Source: Tubiluchus corallicola (taxonomy: Eukaryota; Animalia; Priapulida). Taken from it: a stretch of DNA of 64,000 bases. The notes beneath the pieces were generated by a model, which saw only the letters and a list, made by a program, of their open reading frames with translations, was not told the origin of the DNA and searched no databases. The stretch is taken from NCBI GenBank assembly GCA_030141605.1, contig JAQGDQ010000022.1, positions 806,001-870,000 on the forward strand, written 5' to 3'. Positions 1 to 13,568 of this stretch are shown here, in pieces. A program made the translations under genes and the position numbers. The first letter of the stretch is position 1. Every line of letters starts with the position of its first letter.

Positions 1-230
1 TTCAGCCATAGGTAGCATGGCGGACGAAACATTCCAGGAGCAGTTTTCCTGGCAATCCATTCAGTAACAAGCATCAGCGCTTCTTAACTTCGTAGGCCTA
101 ACATACCCTGTGGCCACCCAGGTATCATCGCTTCGGATTGAAGCGAACACTAATAAACCTAAGGTAAAAAGCATCGACTAGACGACGCGATAGAGTTCTT
201 CCCTCTGGGAGGTGGAGAAGAGATAGATAT
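1..230 (+). mobile_element. Possible decayed 3' end of a non-LTR retrotransposon (RTE-like), followed by a (TAGA)n tail
   Basis: Frameshifted translation gives MADE..IPGAVF..GNP..NKHQR, resembling the RTE C-terminal 'HxxRMxxxRxPKxxxxG' region; it directly abuts a tetranucleotide microsatellite. Weak match, judged by eye. Confidence 0.3.
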
Positions 231-234
231 ATTA

Positions 235-235
<1 letters not shown>

Positions 236-294
<59 letters not shown>

Positions 295-370
295 GTAGGT
301 AGGTAGGTAGGTAGGTAGTAGGTAGGTAGGTAGGTAGGTAGGTAGGTAGGTAGGTAGGTAGGTAGGTAGG

Positions 371-468
<98 letters not shown>

Positions 469-469
469 T

Positions 470-510
<41 letters not shown>
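236..510 (+). repeat. Compound tetranucleotide microsatellite (TAGA)n-(TAGG)n-(TAGA)n
   Basis: Directly visible; explains the spurious LSIY/LPTY ORFs. Confidence 0.98.
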
Positions 511-3500
511 CACTTCACCATTAATAGGTGAAATCAGTTATGTAGACTAATATAAATATATGTAGACTAATATATAATATAAATTAATGAACAATTAACA
601 AAAACCCAGTGGAAACAATCAAGCGGGACAGAAATTGGCGCTAACGTGCTGCATTTCCGAATTTTCAGGCGAACATTTCTACTTGCATATTGTCTATGAG
701 CCAGACTAGATATTCGTATAGCCTGTTGGGACAACATATGTTTTTAAAGCCCTAATACCTCTAAATAAAGAAAGCACTTGATGAGCACTCGCTACACACA
801 GCTTAATTATTAGCAAGTAACTGTAAACATTAATTTCTCCACAGTCTTTCCCAACATGTTTTTACTTTTTAAAATGTTGTAAGTCTGGTCATCGATACAA
901 TCTGTTGTAATTACATCACTAGAAAGGTCACAGAATTTAACTCAAACCCAAAATCAAGCAAGCCTTAGTGCTTATATAAATGAGATTATTATGATTTTGA
1001 TGGTGTCACGCCATGTCGACACTATCTTGTTCTGTTTGCGGGAGGCAAATATCAGGAAGTTTCTTACACGGCCTACAAAACTACGGTGACAAAATTGGTG
1101 TTAATTAGTTTCTCAGAGACTCATTTATCTGAAACTTGGCAACATTAAGTTTCCATCAGATAATTTCCAGGTCAGAGATAGGTAGCATAAGCGATCAAAT
1201 GTAAACCATTCAATTAGTAAGGGAGAACAGGTAGTTTTTAGTTCGACCTGTTTCAGGGTCTTGTACTGATTATCGGCTGCAAACCTTGAAATTCAGGCTT
1301 TAAATTGCATCACCGTAGAATGCTCTAGATAATAACATACACACATTGCATAATTGCATTACGTCGTGTAGTCGTGCAATAATCTGCTGTAATGCTATTA
1401 ATGCTTCTATGATATAGCGTATAAGCATTTTTATATACGCGCGAACACACACGGTGCAAAAACTTTTATAATTTCGCAAATTTATACATATTGACAAAAT
1501 GACAAAATTTAAAGCACGTATAAAACATACTATTTATTTTTTCGAAAACAACTATTTCAGTCTTTTTGCACAAACAGGGTATTTTGCCGGGATTACTACT
1601 TGGCTTATAGTTTGTAAAGGGTTGGTTGTCATTCTGAATGTTCATGGTTCAAAGCCCGATTTGAACATAAATTTTCACTGCCTTATTTTCTCACCTCACC
1701 TCACGTCACCTGAAAAGTACATGTATGCTACAAGTGTAGTAAATTAAAACGTCTGAAATAGCTATTATTTTGAGGTCAGCTAAGCAGGAAATACTTAATT
1801 GAGCTAAATGTTTTAACGCGAATAATTTTATTCATGTTATAATTTTAAGGTTATAATAGTGAATCACGGAATAATATCACAATTAGTAAACTTTTTGAAA
1901 CCAACCTGACCCGAAAGAAAGGGAGTTATACGAGCGCATCTAATATTTGTTATATTTTTATAAAGTTGGCGATAAATCTGTGGTGATGAACATACAATTG
2001 CTATTATAACAAACAAATTATTTAGCTAACGCAAGAGTTAACATTAACGTTTAGAACGCGAGCCTTATATTTAAACAATGACTGTCGTAAATGAGAATGA
2101 CATGGCTTCAATGACTATTAACCACCCCGTCACCAATAGCAAGGGGCATCGGGCGTTAATGCCATTAAAAGCTGTCGTCATTAACTTCATCATGCCGGTG
2201 CTGAAATTACATTCTCTCAGAAAACGAAGCATAGAAGCTTGTACCAGACCTTCTACTTTGTGCAGGTCAAGGTTCCCTCGTGGTCGGAAACAGCCATCGA
2301 AGTTCGAACAGTTTGTGTTAATCTTACAATGTAACTTTGTTTTGGCGTGCAATTTAATTTGTTTACGTTCAGAAATCTTCGTTAACAATTACAAAATTCT
2401 TTTTGCTTTGAAAGCTGTTTTTAGGCACTTACTTAGACAAAACCTAAAACAAATTTTTTTCGTCTTAATGGTTCATACACAATTGATCAAAAAGTGCTGC
2501 TAACTTAACAGATGATATCATATTTTAACAAAATTGTTTTCCCGTGGAATGCTGATGTTGCACAATAATTTCCACTTTGATTTTAACTGCTACCTAATTC
2601 AGCTATCACAGTCAACGAATAGGGTTACTGCAGATATATTAAGAAGTAACTGTAGCCAAGGGCACTAAACTACGTTGAGCAAAGTTTCCAAAAACAAGTT
2701 CTGTGGTCGAGGATGCGAATCGCACCATGCATTCACAATGCCACTCCCGCATATTTGTGAATAATTTTGTAAACATTTCGTATAAGTTTCTAAAACGCTA
2801 AATAAAGATGCAGCTTTCATGGAAAATTATGTGTGATGAAAAAAATCAGCGTAATAGAACTTGGAAGTAAATCTGAAGCCCAAAAGCAGATCAATACGTA
2901 AACGATCAATAGTTGTTTTACAATAATAATTAATACTGACATGCAAACCACCAAATAATTCATATTACGAGGTCCACAGTAACTCATGTAAATGTACGTC
3001 ATACTTAGATTTAATGATACTGCAAAAAGATATTATACATAAGTTATTATTGTTATTGTTACATACTAAATGCTTAATTACAGCACACCTAAATACTAAA
3101 GTAAAGGTTAGAAAGCCTCATTGGCATTGTGATAATCGACAAGAGGCTCAGTAGCGGAAAAAGTGGACTAAATGAAATGCTAATATACTATTTCCTGCAC
3201 TCTGCAGCTAAATCATATGTCGCTGTGCCCTGCCCACAAGATATGAGAACATAGCAAAGCACAAATGTAGGTCTAAATAGGCTATAGGCTCAAATTGCAG
3301 GATATCGCTATAAAAACGTTTCGTGATAACAGTTAAACCAAATACCATCAGAAAAGAGTGTTATCATACTTACTTTTCTGCTGTTGCTGTTTTCATTTGC
3401 AAAGATGCTAGCGCAAGCAGGAAAATTAATAAGCAATGAGGTATATCCATTGTTTTTTTTTGCAGAAAACAGAGTATGTCACAAGTTCATAACACTGCAA

Positions 3501-5326
3501 TACACGAAAAATATTTAATGATCACCCATTCCGCAAGAACACTGTTTTATATACACAAATACAGGTATAACGAGTAGCCGGAATGGTGGGTAAAGCATGA
3601 CATCTACAACCCCGCCCCTTGCGCCGGGACGCCGTTTTACGGTGAAAATCATTGAATCGTATATTGTTGTTCTCAGAAACTGGTTTTTAATAACGAGGCA
3701 TGCAGTCATCACGACGTTTGTCCGGGTCCAGCATGATGTTAACCTGGTACGGACATATCCTCAAAGAAATTCATAAAATTTTACATCCTGGAAACGTCTT
3801 TTAGTGTTACTGAAATCTGAAAAAACTTGATAGACTCGAAGACTCTAAATTTTCAAACCTCGCGAGAATTATTTGCTACGGACTAATGGACTTGTGAAAA
3901 GTAAGATCATGCCACAGAGGCGTTAGAAGATTCCAGTCTACTTTTGATATATCAAACACATCAACTTTCAGTGCCAACTTCATCAACTTCTTACATTACA
4001 GAGTCCAGATTTGGTCAATACTGAGTCCATACCGAGTCTATATTGCAGACACGCTAAAAACAACACGCGTGCGATATTCATGCTAAAAAAGCCAAAATTC
4101 GTTTTGAGGTTTTTCATAATCGCCCATTGTCTCTGTCATTGTTTTTGTGGCCATAATAGTAGTCGAGACGTAATGATGTGCATGCGTTGTTTGGTGTACA
4201 TGTATTTACCGTAGTGTCTTTGTTCGTGTTAGTTAGTGTTGTGCAGTAATGTTGTTAGCTATTATAGAACTAGAAGCAAGAACGTAGTTAACACTGTCCA
4301 CAAGCACAAACTTGAAATTGAATCCAGATCTGTAACGGTAATCAGTGTAAGTGCCTGGACTGGACTGACTGTCCAGTTTTGGTGAAAACTAATTTTGTCA
4401 ACTTAATCTGATATCGTGCATTTTTGCAGTGTTCTGGTACAGTGGTTCACACTGGAAAATACTAATACAGTCTAATGCAGTGTTAACACCGAACATAGCA
4501 CTACGGATTTCCTATAATTATGTGCATCAAAAAAGAAACAAGTAAATAAAACGCAATGATATGTAACATGCAACGTTATTTGTAATTAAGCCATTGTTGT
4601 TAAAACTTTGATTAGTCTATTTTGCCGTATGAACATAGTTTCCATCCGTGTTGTGTGGCATATACACAAAGAAACTTTGCAGTTTCGTCCCTGCCCTCTG
4701 CATTGTAAACCAAATAACCACGTAAAAACAATGGAAACCCAAATTCGGTATCTATTGCTATATTTCACCAATAAAAAGTTTTAATTTTCCATGACAATAA
4801 ATTAATCTTAAGATATACCAACCATGCAGATATGAAAATATCAATAATTGTTGTTATTAGTAGCCTACATAGACGACTAAAAGTCAAGCATACGTCTGAT
4901 GTTTTTTTTATAAACACAGTGCATGTGATAGGCTTTAACTTATCCTTTTTTATATAGTTCGGCACACTGGAAGCCATAATCCAGCATTAGAATAGTAGCG
5001 CCTACGTAATGTTGACTTTTGTAACGCGGTCGGAATCTGGATTACTATTAAGGTTAACTCTGTATGATGACCCATTGTACAGCCTCCTTCTGCGAGATTA
5101 AATAGCCAAAACCAGCCAATGAAACCAACAGAGCGAATAGTTGAATCCAGGCGGTCACGAACCACACATTGAACAGCCCCAACATTACTTTGGTGATAAA
5201 GCACATGTACGTGACCACTCGGTTATTTACTTCACTTCGGTTTTTAAATAAAATAAAACTTGTCGATGAGTGTGTAAGGGTAACGACACCTTGAAACATC
5301 TGATCTAGACTGAAAGCAGGTCTTTT

Positions 5327-6310
5327 TCACATTTCACTCTGCATGACTTTAACACTACGACCAGCGTTTTCTGAAGTGCTCTTTACATTAGTTTTCACAG
5401 TGTGTTGCTCTACTGAGGGATGTATTTTCAATCCTCGCAAACTTCGCAGCAGTTTCTCAAAAGCATTTTGGTTTTCCGGAATGTTAACTCCATACATGAC
5501 TGGAGCGAAGATGAAATTAATGAAAGTAAGATCATCTGCTAACCTAACCGTCCACTGAGGCAAGCACAGGCATATCTCTACAATGCAGTTGAAAATCAAG
5601 TATGTTATCCACGTGATGAAGAATAATATCAAAATCTTTGCAACTGCCCTTGTGGTTTTGTTTTCCCGTTTCTCGTTTTTGTTAGTTGCTATTTTGCTGA
5701 CCGTTCTGACTCTCACTTTTCTTCCAATTTGTACATAAGCCACTACCACAGTAACTGCGGGAGTACCAGATGATAGCACGTACAAAATTAACAAGACAAT
5801 GTTTCCCATTTCGAAAATGCATCGCCCTGTTTTGTAAAGGTCCCATGTATATGCAGCAACAGGAAAAACTAACGGAATGGCCCAAAGAAACGTAAGAGAA
5901 AGCACGAGTTTTCCAGCAGTAAGAGACGTTTTGTGCCATACAGGGTGTACCACACTAAGGTACCTTTCCACAGCTATAGCGCAAACATGGTAGTACCCGA
6001 CACCTCCAAAACCAGCTAGCAGCCCTGTAACAGCACAGGTTAACCATGGAACCGTAAGATACGTGGTGATAACCCGCATTACAACCATTGATGAACATAG
6101 TAGATCCGATGTAGTCAGTGACAGCAGCAAGATGTTTTTAACTGTTGTTGATTTCCCTGAATTCACTGCTGCAACAATCATAATGACGTTCGTAGCTGTA
6201 GCTGCAAGCACTAGTGATAGTTCAACAGCTGTTAGGAGGTGCACAGAGAACTCTGGTGAGAAAGTCTGCGAAACGTCAAAGAACGTTGAAGACTCATTGG
6301 ATGAATTCAT
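5327..6310 (-). CDS. Intronless class A (rhodopsin-like) 7TM GPCR, orphan, 327 aa
   Basis: Seven hydrophobic segments; N-terminal N-glycosylation sites (NSS, NES); TM1 N, TM2 LSLTTSDLL, TM3 C..AIAVERY..V.HP, TM4 W, ECL2 Cys, TM5 P..Y, TM6 FFITW, TM7 APVMY. Confidence 0.93.
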   Translation of the reverse strand: MNSSNESSTFFDVSQTFSPEFSVHLLTAVELSLVLAATATNVIMIVAAVNSGKSTTVKNILLLSLTTSDLLCSSMVVMRVITTYLTVPWLTCAVTGLLAGFGGVGYYHVCAIAVERYLSVVHPVWHKTSLTAGKLVLSLTFLWAIPLVFPVAAYTWDLYKTGRCIFEMGNIVLLILYVLSSGTPAVTVVVAYVQIGRKVRVRTVSKIATNKNEKRENKTTRAVAKILILFFITWITYLIFNCIVEICLCLPQWTVRLADDLTFINFIFAPVMYGVNIPENQNAFEKLLRSLRGLKIHPSVEQHTVKTNVKSTSENAGRSVKVMQSEM

Positions 6311-6849
6311 TTTCTACTTGTGAAAACTTTCAACTGTTCGTTGATGCTGCATTTATTCTTCAGCCTCTTTTGATATATTTTTGCAATAATGTTTTATCCA
6401 AGGAAGTTATTGCATCACGCACGCAAGACAGAAACAGGCACAAAATATAATTCACTCATTAGTTTACATCGTGTTCGGGTGTGCTTCCAAATGTTTGCAT
6501 AATATTTAGTGATATTCTAATCGCTAATGTATAACTTTATATTAGCATCAGCATGCGCTAAAACCCGATGACGCAAATGCACCATTCACGCTAGTTTTTC
6601 TAAATTGCTTTTGATTTAAAAAAATGCTTTAAGCTGCTGTGTGTCATACAAACACGCTATGTAAAAAGCCAATTAATAATTCTTTTGTTTCTGTAGAGAA
6701 TATGGTTGCGTTCGTGTGCGGAATGCAAAATAACAGTATACGTAAAATCAATAAACACTTGCTGAGATTTCCACTGATTACAAAACAAACTTATAAAAGG
6801 TTTCGATTTATAACTGTGATAAAATTTTCTTTACATGGTCTGTAAGCAC

Positions 6850-7953
6850 TAGGGGTGTTCGAGGTTTGGAACGGGATCGAGATTCGGGTCGGAATCAGTG
6901 ATTCGGGTCGGGACAAAAGGTTCCGGATCGAAGTTCCTGACCTCGAACATTTATACATAATTGTCAGTAAACGGAAATCAGTTCACTCAGTCTTTAAATA
7001 TAGGTGCTTAGAATCCGGGACGAAGTCGAGAAGATGAGCAGTTTCTACCCCCCCCCCCCACACACACACACACACACTGTCTGGCAGAGTGCACAGGTAT
7101 AGATGCATTAAGTAATTCTGTGAATGATAAGACAATTGTTTGCTGTTGAGTATTAGTAATTTGTTTATTTTATATTCGCTACTGATATATTTCCATATAT
7201 ATATATATATACAACATAGTTAAGAAACATGACATATTTACAACACATATTTAGGGTGGAGATATATAAGATGGGGCAATAACTATATTATCAAATCTCA
7301 CCTTGATGTCTGCGTAATCCAAACTTGCACTGAGTCTGTATACCTCACTAAGCTATGTAAACGTAAATTAAACGTAACGGTAATTTCTTTGCTACGTATT
7401 AAAATATTTTGTGAAAAGAATAATAATACGTACTGATAAGCAGCATTAGGTGATTGGGCGAATATTAGATAGGAAAGATATTAGCAGCAGTGAGACAAGA
7501 ATCACACAAAATATTTTTCGTAAGACGGTGTCTTTCTTTTATATATTTTTTGTAATTATTCCAACATTAATGGCAAATAACACACCGCCAGAATAACTTA
7601 TCACTGTTACAAATGGCTGAATGCAATCTCTCTGTATGTGCCGCGAAATAATCATGTTAAGACCTTAAACTACTTACGAGACGTTTTATATTGAATAGCA
7701 GTGACAAACACGTATGTAGTTATGGTTAATAAAATCTCAGTATAATATACGTCATCACGAAATTTAAGTGATGAATAACTTGACAAACCGTTCATTTTCT
7801 CTACATGCCTCAAAAACTTGAAGTAAACGTTGTTTTTTTAAATATGAAAAAATTTTAAATTTCGGAATCGCGAGCTTCGGAAACTGGGTTCGGGACTTGA
7901 GAAATGTTCGGAATCGAGGTTAATCATGATCACCTCAATCCCGAACACACCTT
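6850..7953. mobile_element. Non-autonomous TIR element (hAT-like termini) with TTCGG subterminal repeats
   Basis: Left end TAGGGGTGTTCGAGG; right end CCTCAATCCCGAACACACC is an imperfect inverted copy. TTCGGG/TCGGAA motifs cluster at 6850-7030 and 7860-7950. No clean target-site duplication. Confidence 0.55.
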
Positions 7954-8430
7954 TTAAGGTACGGGCTTCGATTTTTCAACAGTGTTGATGCTAAATATGT
8001 TAATCTTTACGTACAACTCCGTAACAACTCTCCCCTCGTCTGTGTTTTCTGCAAGTTAAACAGATAATTGCTTCAGCACTATTCTGCGCAATTCAAAATT
8101 AACTTATTTTTGACTCAGACTTGCCGACAGGAAGAGTAGCAAAAGAATTTGCAGTAACTAATAAAACTTGCGAATAATTGATTTTTTGCTGTAACTGTCA
8201 CGACACCGCCTCGCCAGTTAAACTGAGTTCTAATTGGGACACCTATTAGGGAAAAACGTTTCTGCAGACACTCCTCACTCAAATTCGCATACTTCTCAAA
8301 AGGAGCCGGGTGACATAGACAGCTGACAGTAAAGAGCATAATATCTGTGTTTAAGTTCGTTTTTATAATCCAATAACTGCATTTCATGAGAATGGCCATT
8401 TAAAATTGCCTTTAAAATTGTATTGTCCTC

Positions 8431-8695
8431 TTAAAATCTCGTAGCTGTTTCACTGTGCTCATACGGCACGAAACCTGCATTTAAAAAACTATTGGGGGTT
8501 TCATTTCTAAAAGGAACGTTGCTATTTTTTTGTTTTTGACTAGCTTTGCTGATTTGGTCATCAATGTTGTTTTCACAATCTTCGCCGACTGTGTCTTCCT
8601 CCAACTTCGATTGTGAATCTCTCAAGCTCGAAGGACTATTATGACGTTGACTGAGCTTGGTTGATTGTACTTCCCTCGCTAAAGCTTCTTTTCGT
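8431..8695 (-). CDS. UNC93A: UNC93A-like protein, exon 4 (last; hydrophilic C-terminal tail)
   Basis: Acceptor tttgttcAG at 8697-8696; phase 2 matches the exon 3 donor; open to the TAA at 8433-8431. Confidence 0.75.
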
Positions 8696-8873
8696 CTGAA
8701 CAAATTTAATTAATAAAAATTAATAACTAATTTCTTGTGGAATTTCAAAATGACTTTTCAACGTAATCTCAGTTTTACGTTAAGCTATAACAGGGTATGA
8801 TTTTATTATAGTATTATTGCGACCTCTCATATGAGTCATACAAATCTGTTGAGCTTGGAGTGGCACAACTTAC

Positions 8874-9063
8874 TTTCTAAGTATTTCAGTGACCGCGTAT
8901 CCCAGCAAACCCAAAACCAGGAAACTGATGGTGAGCCACAATTTCACGTCTGTGCAGAGGAACTCTCCCCAGGCGAATGCAGCTACAAATCCCAAACTCT
9001 GCCACAATCTGTAGTTAGAAAATGCGGCTTCCTGAGTAGTTTTGAAAAGAACCCCATAAAGTG
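8874..9063 (-). CDS. UNC93A: UNC93A-like protein, exon 3
   Basis: SLYGVLFKTTQEAAFSNYRLWQSLGF is a conserved UNC-93 motif; acceptor ctttcAG, donor GTAAGT; phases 1 and 2 are consistent with neighbouring exons. Confidence 0.92.
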
Positions 9064-9535
9064 CTGAAAGGTAATGTAAAATATTCACTTATCTTTATTA
9101 TGTTTTCCTATCACATGCTTTAAGCATTGCTCTTAACATTTTTCGATAGCGCCTTAGTCTGGATTCCGATTCCGTTAGTGGGCTTACTACAGATTGACTT
9201 GACACTTCAAAGTAGTCTAATAATTGGTTTTTACCTCAGGTTCTCTGTGGAATGTTACTACTGTAAATATCATTATGTGGAAAAAATTGTCGATTTACAT
9301 TGCAGGAGTTATAAAACACATCTTATGTTATCAAAAGAGCAATGTAATAAGGCTGGTTAGTTAACAACTGCCCCAGTGGTTCCAGTGGTTGGAACATTGT
9401 TTGATTTGTTTCTTCTGTCCAAATGCAACAATTAAAATAGTACATTTAATTCACTTGTGCCCTGCTACGTCGAAGCGCGTTAAAATTTAAACATTTTTTT
9501 TAAAGTTTAACTACTTTAAAAATGAGAATACATAC

Positions 9536-9803
9536 AATTTATTTGAGTGTTCCACGTGGCGTCACCTATAGCCCAACCGGCAACTAAAACAAAATAGATG
9601 GGTGTCTCGTCTGGATGTGGTTTCCACAGGAATAGTGCAACTAATACAGATATATGTGCAGCAGCTCCAAGTAGTACCAGTGGTATTCTACCAACCATTG
9701 TTACAAGCTGTCCAGTGCACATTGACCATATAGCATCGGTTACTCCATACAGTATCATAACATAGCCAACTTTCTCAATTCCCCAAGAACAGGTTACGTA
9801 TGC
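9536..9803 (-). CDS. UNC93A: UNC93A-like protein, exon 2
   Basis: AYVTCSWGIEKVGYVMILYG...WAIGDATWNTQIN is typical UNC-93 sequence; acceptor tttcgcAG, donor GTATGT. Confidence 0.92.
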
Positions 9804-10149
9804 CTGCGAAACAAGAATTTAATGGAGCATTCCGAGTAATAACATTGCTAGCTAATATGTAATTCAGAACCAAGACGGCAGCACCTACATTAACTTACAT
9901 TAAGAACGATTACAGTCTGCAAATAAATTATTGAAAAGAGCGAATACTTTGGGACCTGTGCCTCCGCAGAGCATGCCAGGAAAATAAGGTCTGTAATAAA
10001 GATTGTAAAAAATTCCAAGCGTTAATAAACACTTCACCGGTTCCAGATTACCTGTATACCCGTGGCACAGAAATAATTTCTCACGAATTGATTGAAACAA
10101 TGTATGAATGCAGCCAAATGGCACAGAAACCAAACCAAACCAAACTGAA

Positions 10150-12100
10150 ACGAATTAGACAGAAGAATTAAGTTAACCGCTGGTGAACGTGAACTTTTGG
10201 AAAGCCATAAACTGGAAAGGCGATGTAAACATTCGAAGTCGTGCTGAGCGACCTAGTAAACACACATTTCGACTACATTTTGGAAACTTGCTTAATAATG
10301 AGAGGTGCTGGTATTAGAAGATCCTTTCACACTGGAAGAAATACAAAAAGTCATCGCGCAGCACAAAAACTAACAAAAGTGCAGGACCTGATGGCATCCA
10401 GACGTCTCTTTTTAAAATATTTGTGCATGGATTGTTTAATGCTATTAGTTCATGCTGTTTAATTCGGTGCTAATGAATGATGGTTTTCCTTTAGCATGGT
10501 GCATGGTAAAGCTTTTGTTCTCTTTAAAAAGGTTGTGCGGCTGTATGCGGAAATTTTAGAGGTATCAGTATAATTTAAGGCTGTTGTAAACTGTATGATT
10601 CTTTAATAAATGCGCGTTTAAAGTTGTGGATAAATCCTGAACCCGAAGAAGCAGGGTGGCCAATCAGAAAGAGATTGCGTTAAACAAATCCTAACCTTGT
10701 GACTTCTAATTGATGCTGCACATAAGAAGAAACGGAAACTATTTATCTTATTCGTGGATTTCTAAAAGGCCTTTGATCGTGTTGATCGTCAAGCGTTATT
10801 ACAAGTGTTGAAACGACACGGATGTGGGCGTGTTATGTTACGTGCCCTTGCTCGTATTTACAACACTACGAAAATCTTCCTAGGGGATATAATTTTTGAC
10901 TACAATTGTAGTGTAAAAACAAGTATCACCGAGCTCCAACTTACGTTTCTGTTTGTCTGTGGATCTTCTGGTCAGATCTATAAAATCCCTTGGTGCTGAT
11001 AGCTGGTTACAAGGTCTCCGTAGCTTATTACTAATGGATGACGCCGCTGTCTTTATACTAGCAGTGAGATTTTTATATAAAAAATCAAAAATCCAATAAG
11101 ATTCTGCTCTGGTTATGGAATGAAGATGAACCTTCTTAAAACGAGATTCATGGTCATCGGAGCAAACGATGAGAGACAATCAATAACTATGGGTGATTAT
11201 GTGATAGAACATACAACTGTATATACGTATTTAGGTGCAGCAATAACCGAGGATGCGAAAATGAAGTCAATTGCTTCCAAGCAGCTTGAGTATAAGAATG
11301 CTGACATTCTTAAATTTCATGCTTTTGTATACAGGAATAGTGACTATCCGTATTGGATTTAGGAAAAAGTATTAGATAGCGTTCTTATAACTGGTGTGTT
11401 CTACAGCTCAGAGACGGGGAACACCAATCTGCAAAGTATTATGCCCAACACAACGTATATGGAACTCCTTAAGTCATTATTGTCAGTAAGACGTTCAACG
11501 TGCAATGATCTTGTGTTTCTTGAGACTGGATATCCGTCTTTCACCACGTGGGTGAAATGTAGACGAATGAAAATGTGGTAAAAATACTAGACAATCCAGA
11601 AAATCATCAGCCGTTACTTCAAGCAAACGAGATAGCAAGACTCTGCAACAGTGATTTGTATAAGTGTTTGAGTGGACTGCCTAGAATCACTGTTAGTGAG
11701 TACTAGGAGCAGAAACAATCTGTGTTGGCAGGTACCGTAAGAAACAGAAACTAAACTAAACGAGAGACATATACAGAGTTCAAATGATGCTTATTAGCAC
11801 CCGTTATTCCGGATTCAACACCAGAGATGTACCGCATTATCTATACGCGATTGGGACTCCAGGCGCACTATTAAAAAGTTTAAACTTATAGATGGCGTAA
11901 CATAGATAGATGACAGAGACTATATAAATGTGGAGAAATCCAAACTGAAAAGTACGTTTTGATGGACTGTCATTTAACAGCTGAAACCAGAAGATTCAGC
12001 AATGTAGACTTTACATTCTTAACGTCAATTATAAATATCAATTATATATTTCAGATCTGTTTCAACATTTTTATGAATAAAAGCTTATGAATAAAAAACA
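10150..12100 (+). mobile_element. Degenerate non-LTR retrotransposon (LINE): reverse transcriptase and C-terminal zinc-knuckle region, antisense within UNC93A intron 1
   Basis: Broken reading frames give RT motifs RGISI, QILTL, LFVDF*KAFDRVDR, VKQ, LLLMDDA, GMKMNLLKTRFMVI, YTYLG, plus a C-terminal RLYKCGEIQTEKYVLMDC; many stops and frameshifts. Boundaries approximate. Confidence 0.88.
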
Positions 12101-12340
12101 CATTAATTTTTGCAAATACTATAATGAAGTAATGCAATTCTGTAAAATTCTGAAAACTCACCTCAGTCATTATCATATTTTTACTGGTACTAATGAAAAT
12201 TCGTTATTGTGAGCTTTTTAATCTTTGTATAATGTTCCTGTTTTCGGAAAAGTAGAAAATTTTGGATTATGTTTCAATTCTGCAGTACCCGCTAAAGATT
12301 GCAAATATTTATTTTATGGTCAATAAACATTAAACAGCTA

Positions 12341-12672
<332 letters not shown>

Positions 12673-12884
12673 ACAATAAACCATTTCAAATAAAATACTT
12701 GCAATGCTGAAGTGCCACTGTCTACTTAGCATCAAATGTCACTTAAAAGAACATTAAAAAGCGTTACAATAAGTGCAGGGGTGGTACAAGAAATCCTTTA
12801 CTTGAAGAATATTTATAGTTACATCACGCTGTGTATACCTATACTATACGGTGTAAGAATTCAGACCTCCTCTTCTATGTGAAT

Positions 12885-12965
12885 TGATACCTGAACTAGG
12901 AAAGTGTGCGCCGTGTAAGAGGAAGGTTCTAGGTTCGAATCCAGGTTTACACAATTTTTCAGCGC
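12885..12965 (+). mobile_element. tRNA-derived SINE-like fragment
   Basis: Perfect Pol III B-box GGTTCGAATCC at 12932-12942; no complete cloverleaf. A similar B-box plus AGG..TTTTTCA context occurs at 42588-42620. Confidence 0.45.
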
Positions 12966-13568
12966 CTTCTTTCTTCAAATTAATTAAAACCGTTAGTTAA
13001 TTATAGATTTCGTAAAAAACCGTTAGACTTATTAATGCTGGCTTGCTGACTTCACAGTTAATGCTTTAAATGTTGGCTTCACACGCCTTTAACAAATATA
13101 CGATGAAAGAGACTGCAAAGTTTGCCTCATATTAAATCCGACCAGATTGACACTACGATCATTGAACTTTTTCAAATAGGTTGAGTTGTACGCTTCACTC
13201 ATCTGGGACGCTCACTCTTTAGGCATCCATATTTTATGCACGCAATAATGTGTTTGATTTTGGATAAAAATCCGTCGAATGACTTTGAAGTTGCATGTAT
13301 CGCACTTACCACAAAAACTGTTTTCAACAGGTATTTTAGTTTTTTCCTTGTTGCGTTCGAGCATTATGCATATATCCACGAAAAGTCGTTTTAATTAAAG
13401 GTTCCAGACCAATAAAATTAATTGAAGGGCGGAGAAATCTTTTTTCGAAGAATATTCTGACTTTCTTACTAATTTGTGATATTAATTTCAAATGACAGTC
13501 TTAGTAACAACAGAAATGAAATTCTTATAAACTATGATTAACGCATACAGTAAATGCAATTTTCTTAC

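Noticed and set aside
159-521. LSIY/LPTY-repeat ORFs, and the other homopolymer ORFs at 12.3, 22.5, 31.2, 41.6, 43.4, 53.6 and 60.0 kb
   Set aside because: Translations of microsatellites, not genes.
5327-6310. The GPCR as the receptor of the nearby trissin-like peptide (linked ligand-receptor pair)
   Set aside because: It is short, intronless and motif-degenerate, with no features I can tie to neuropeptide receptors; proximity alone is not evidence.
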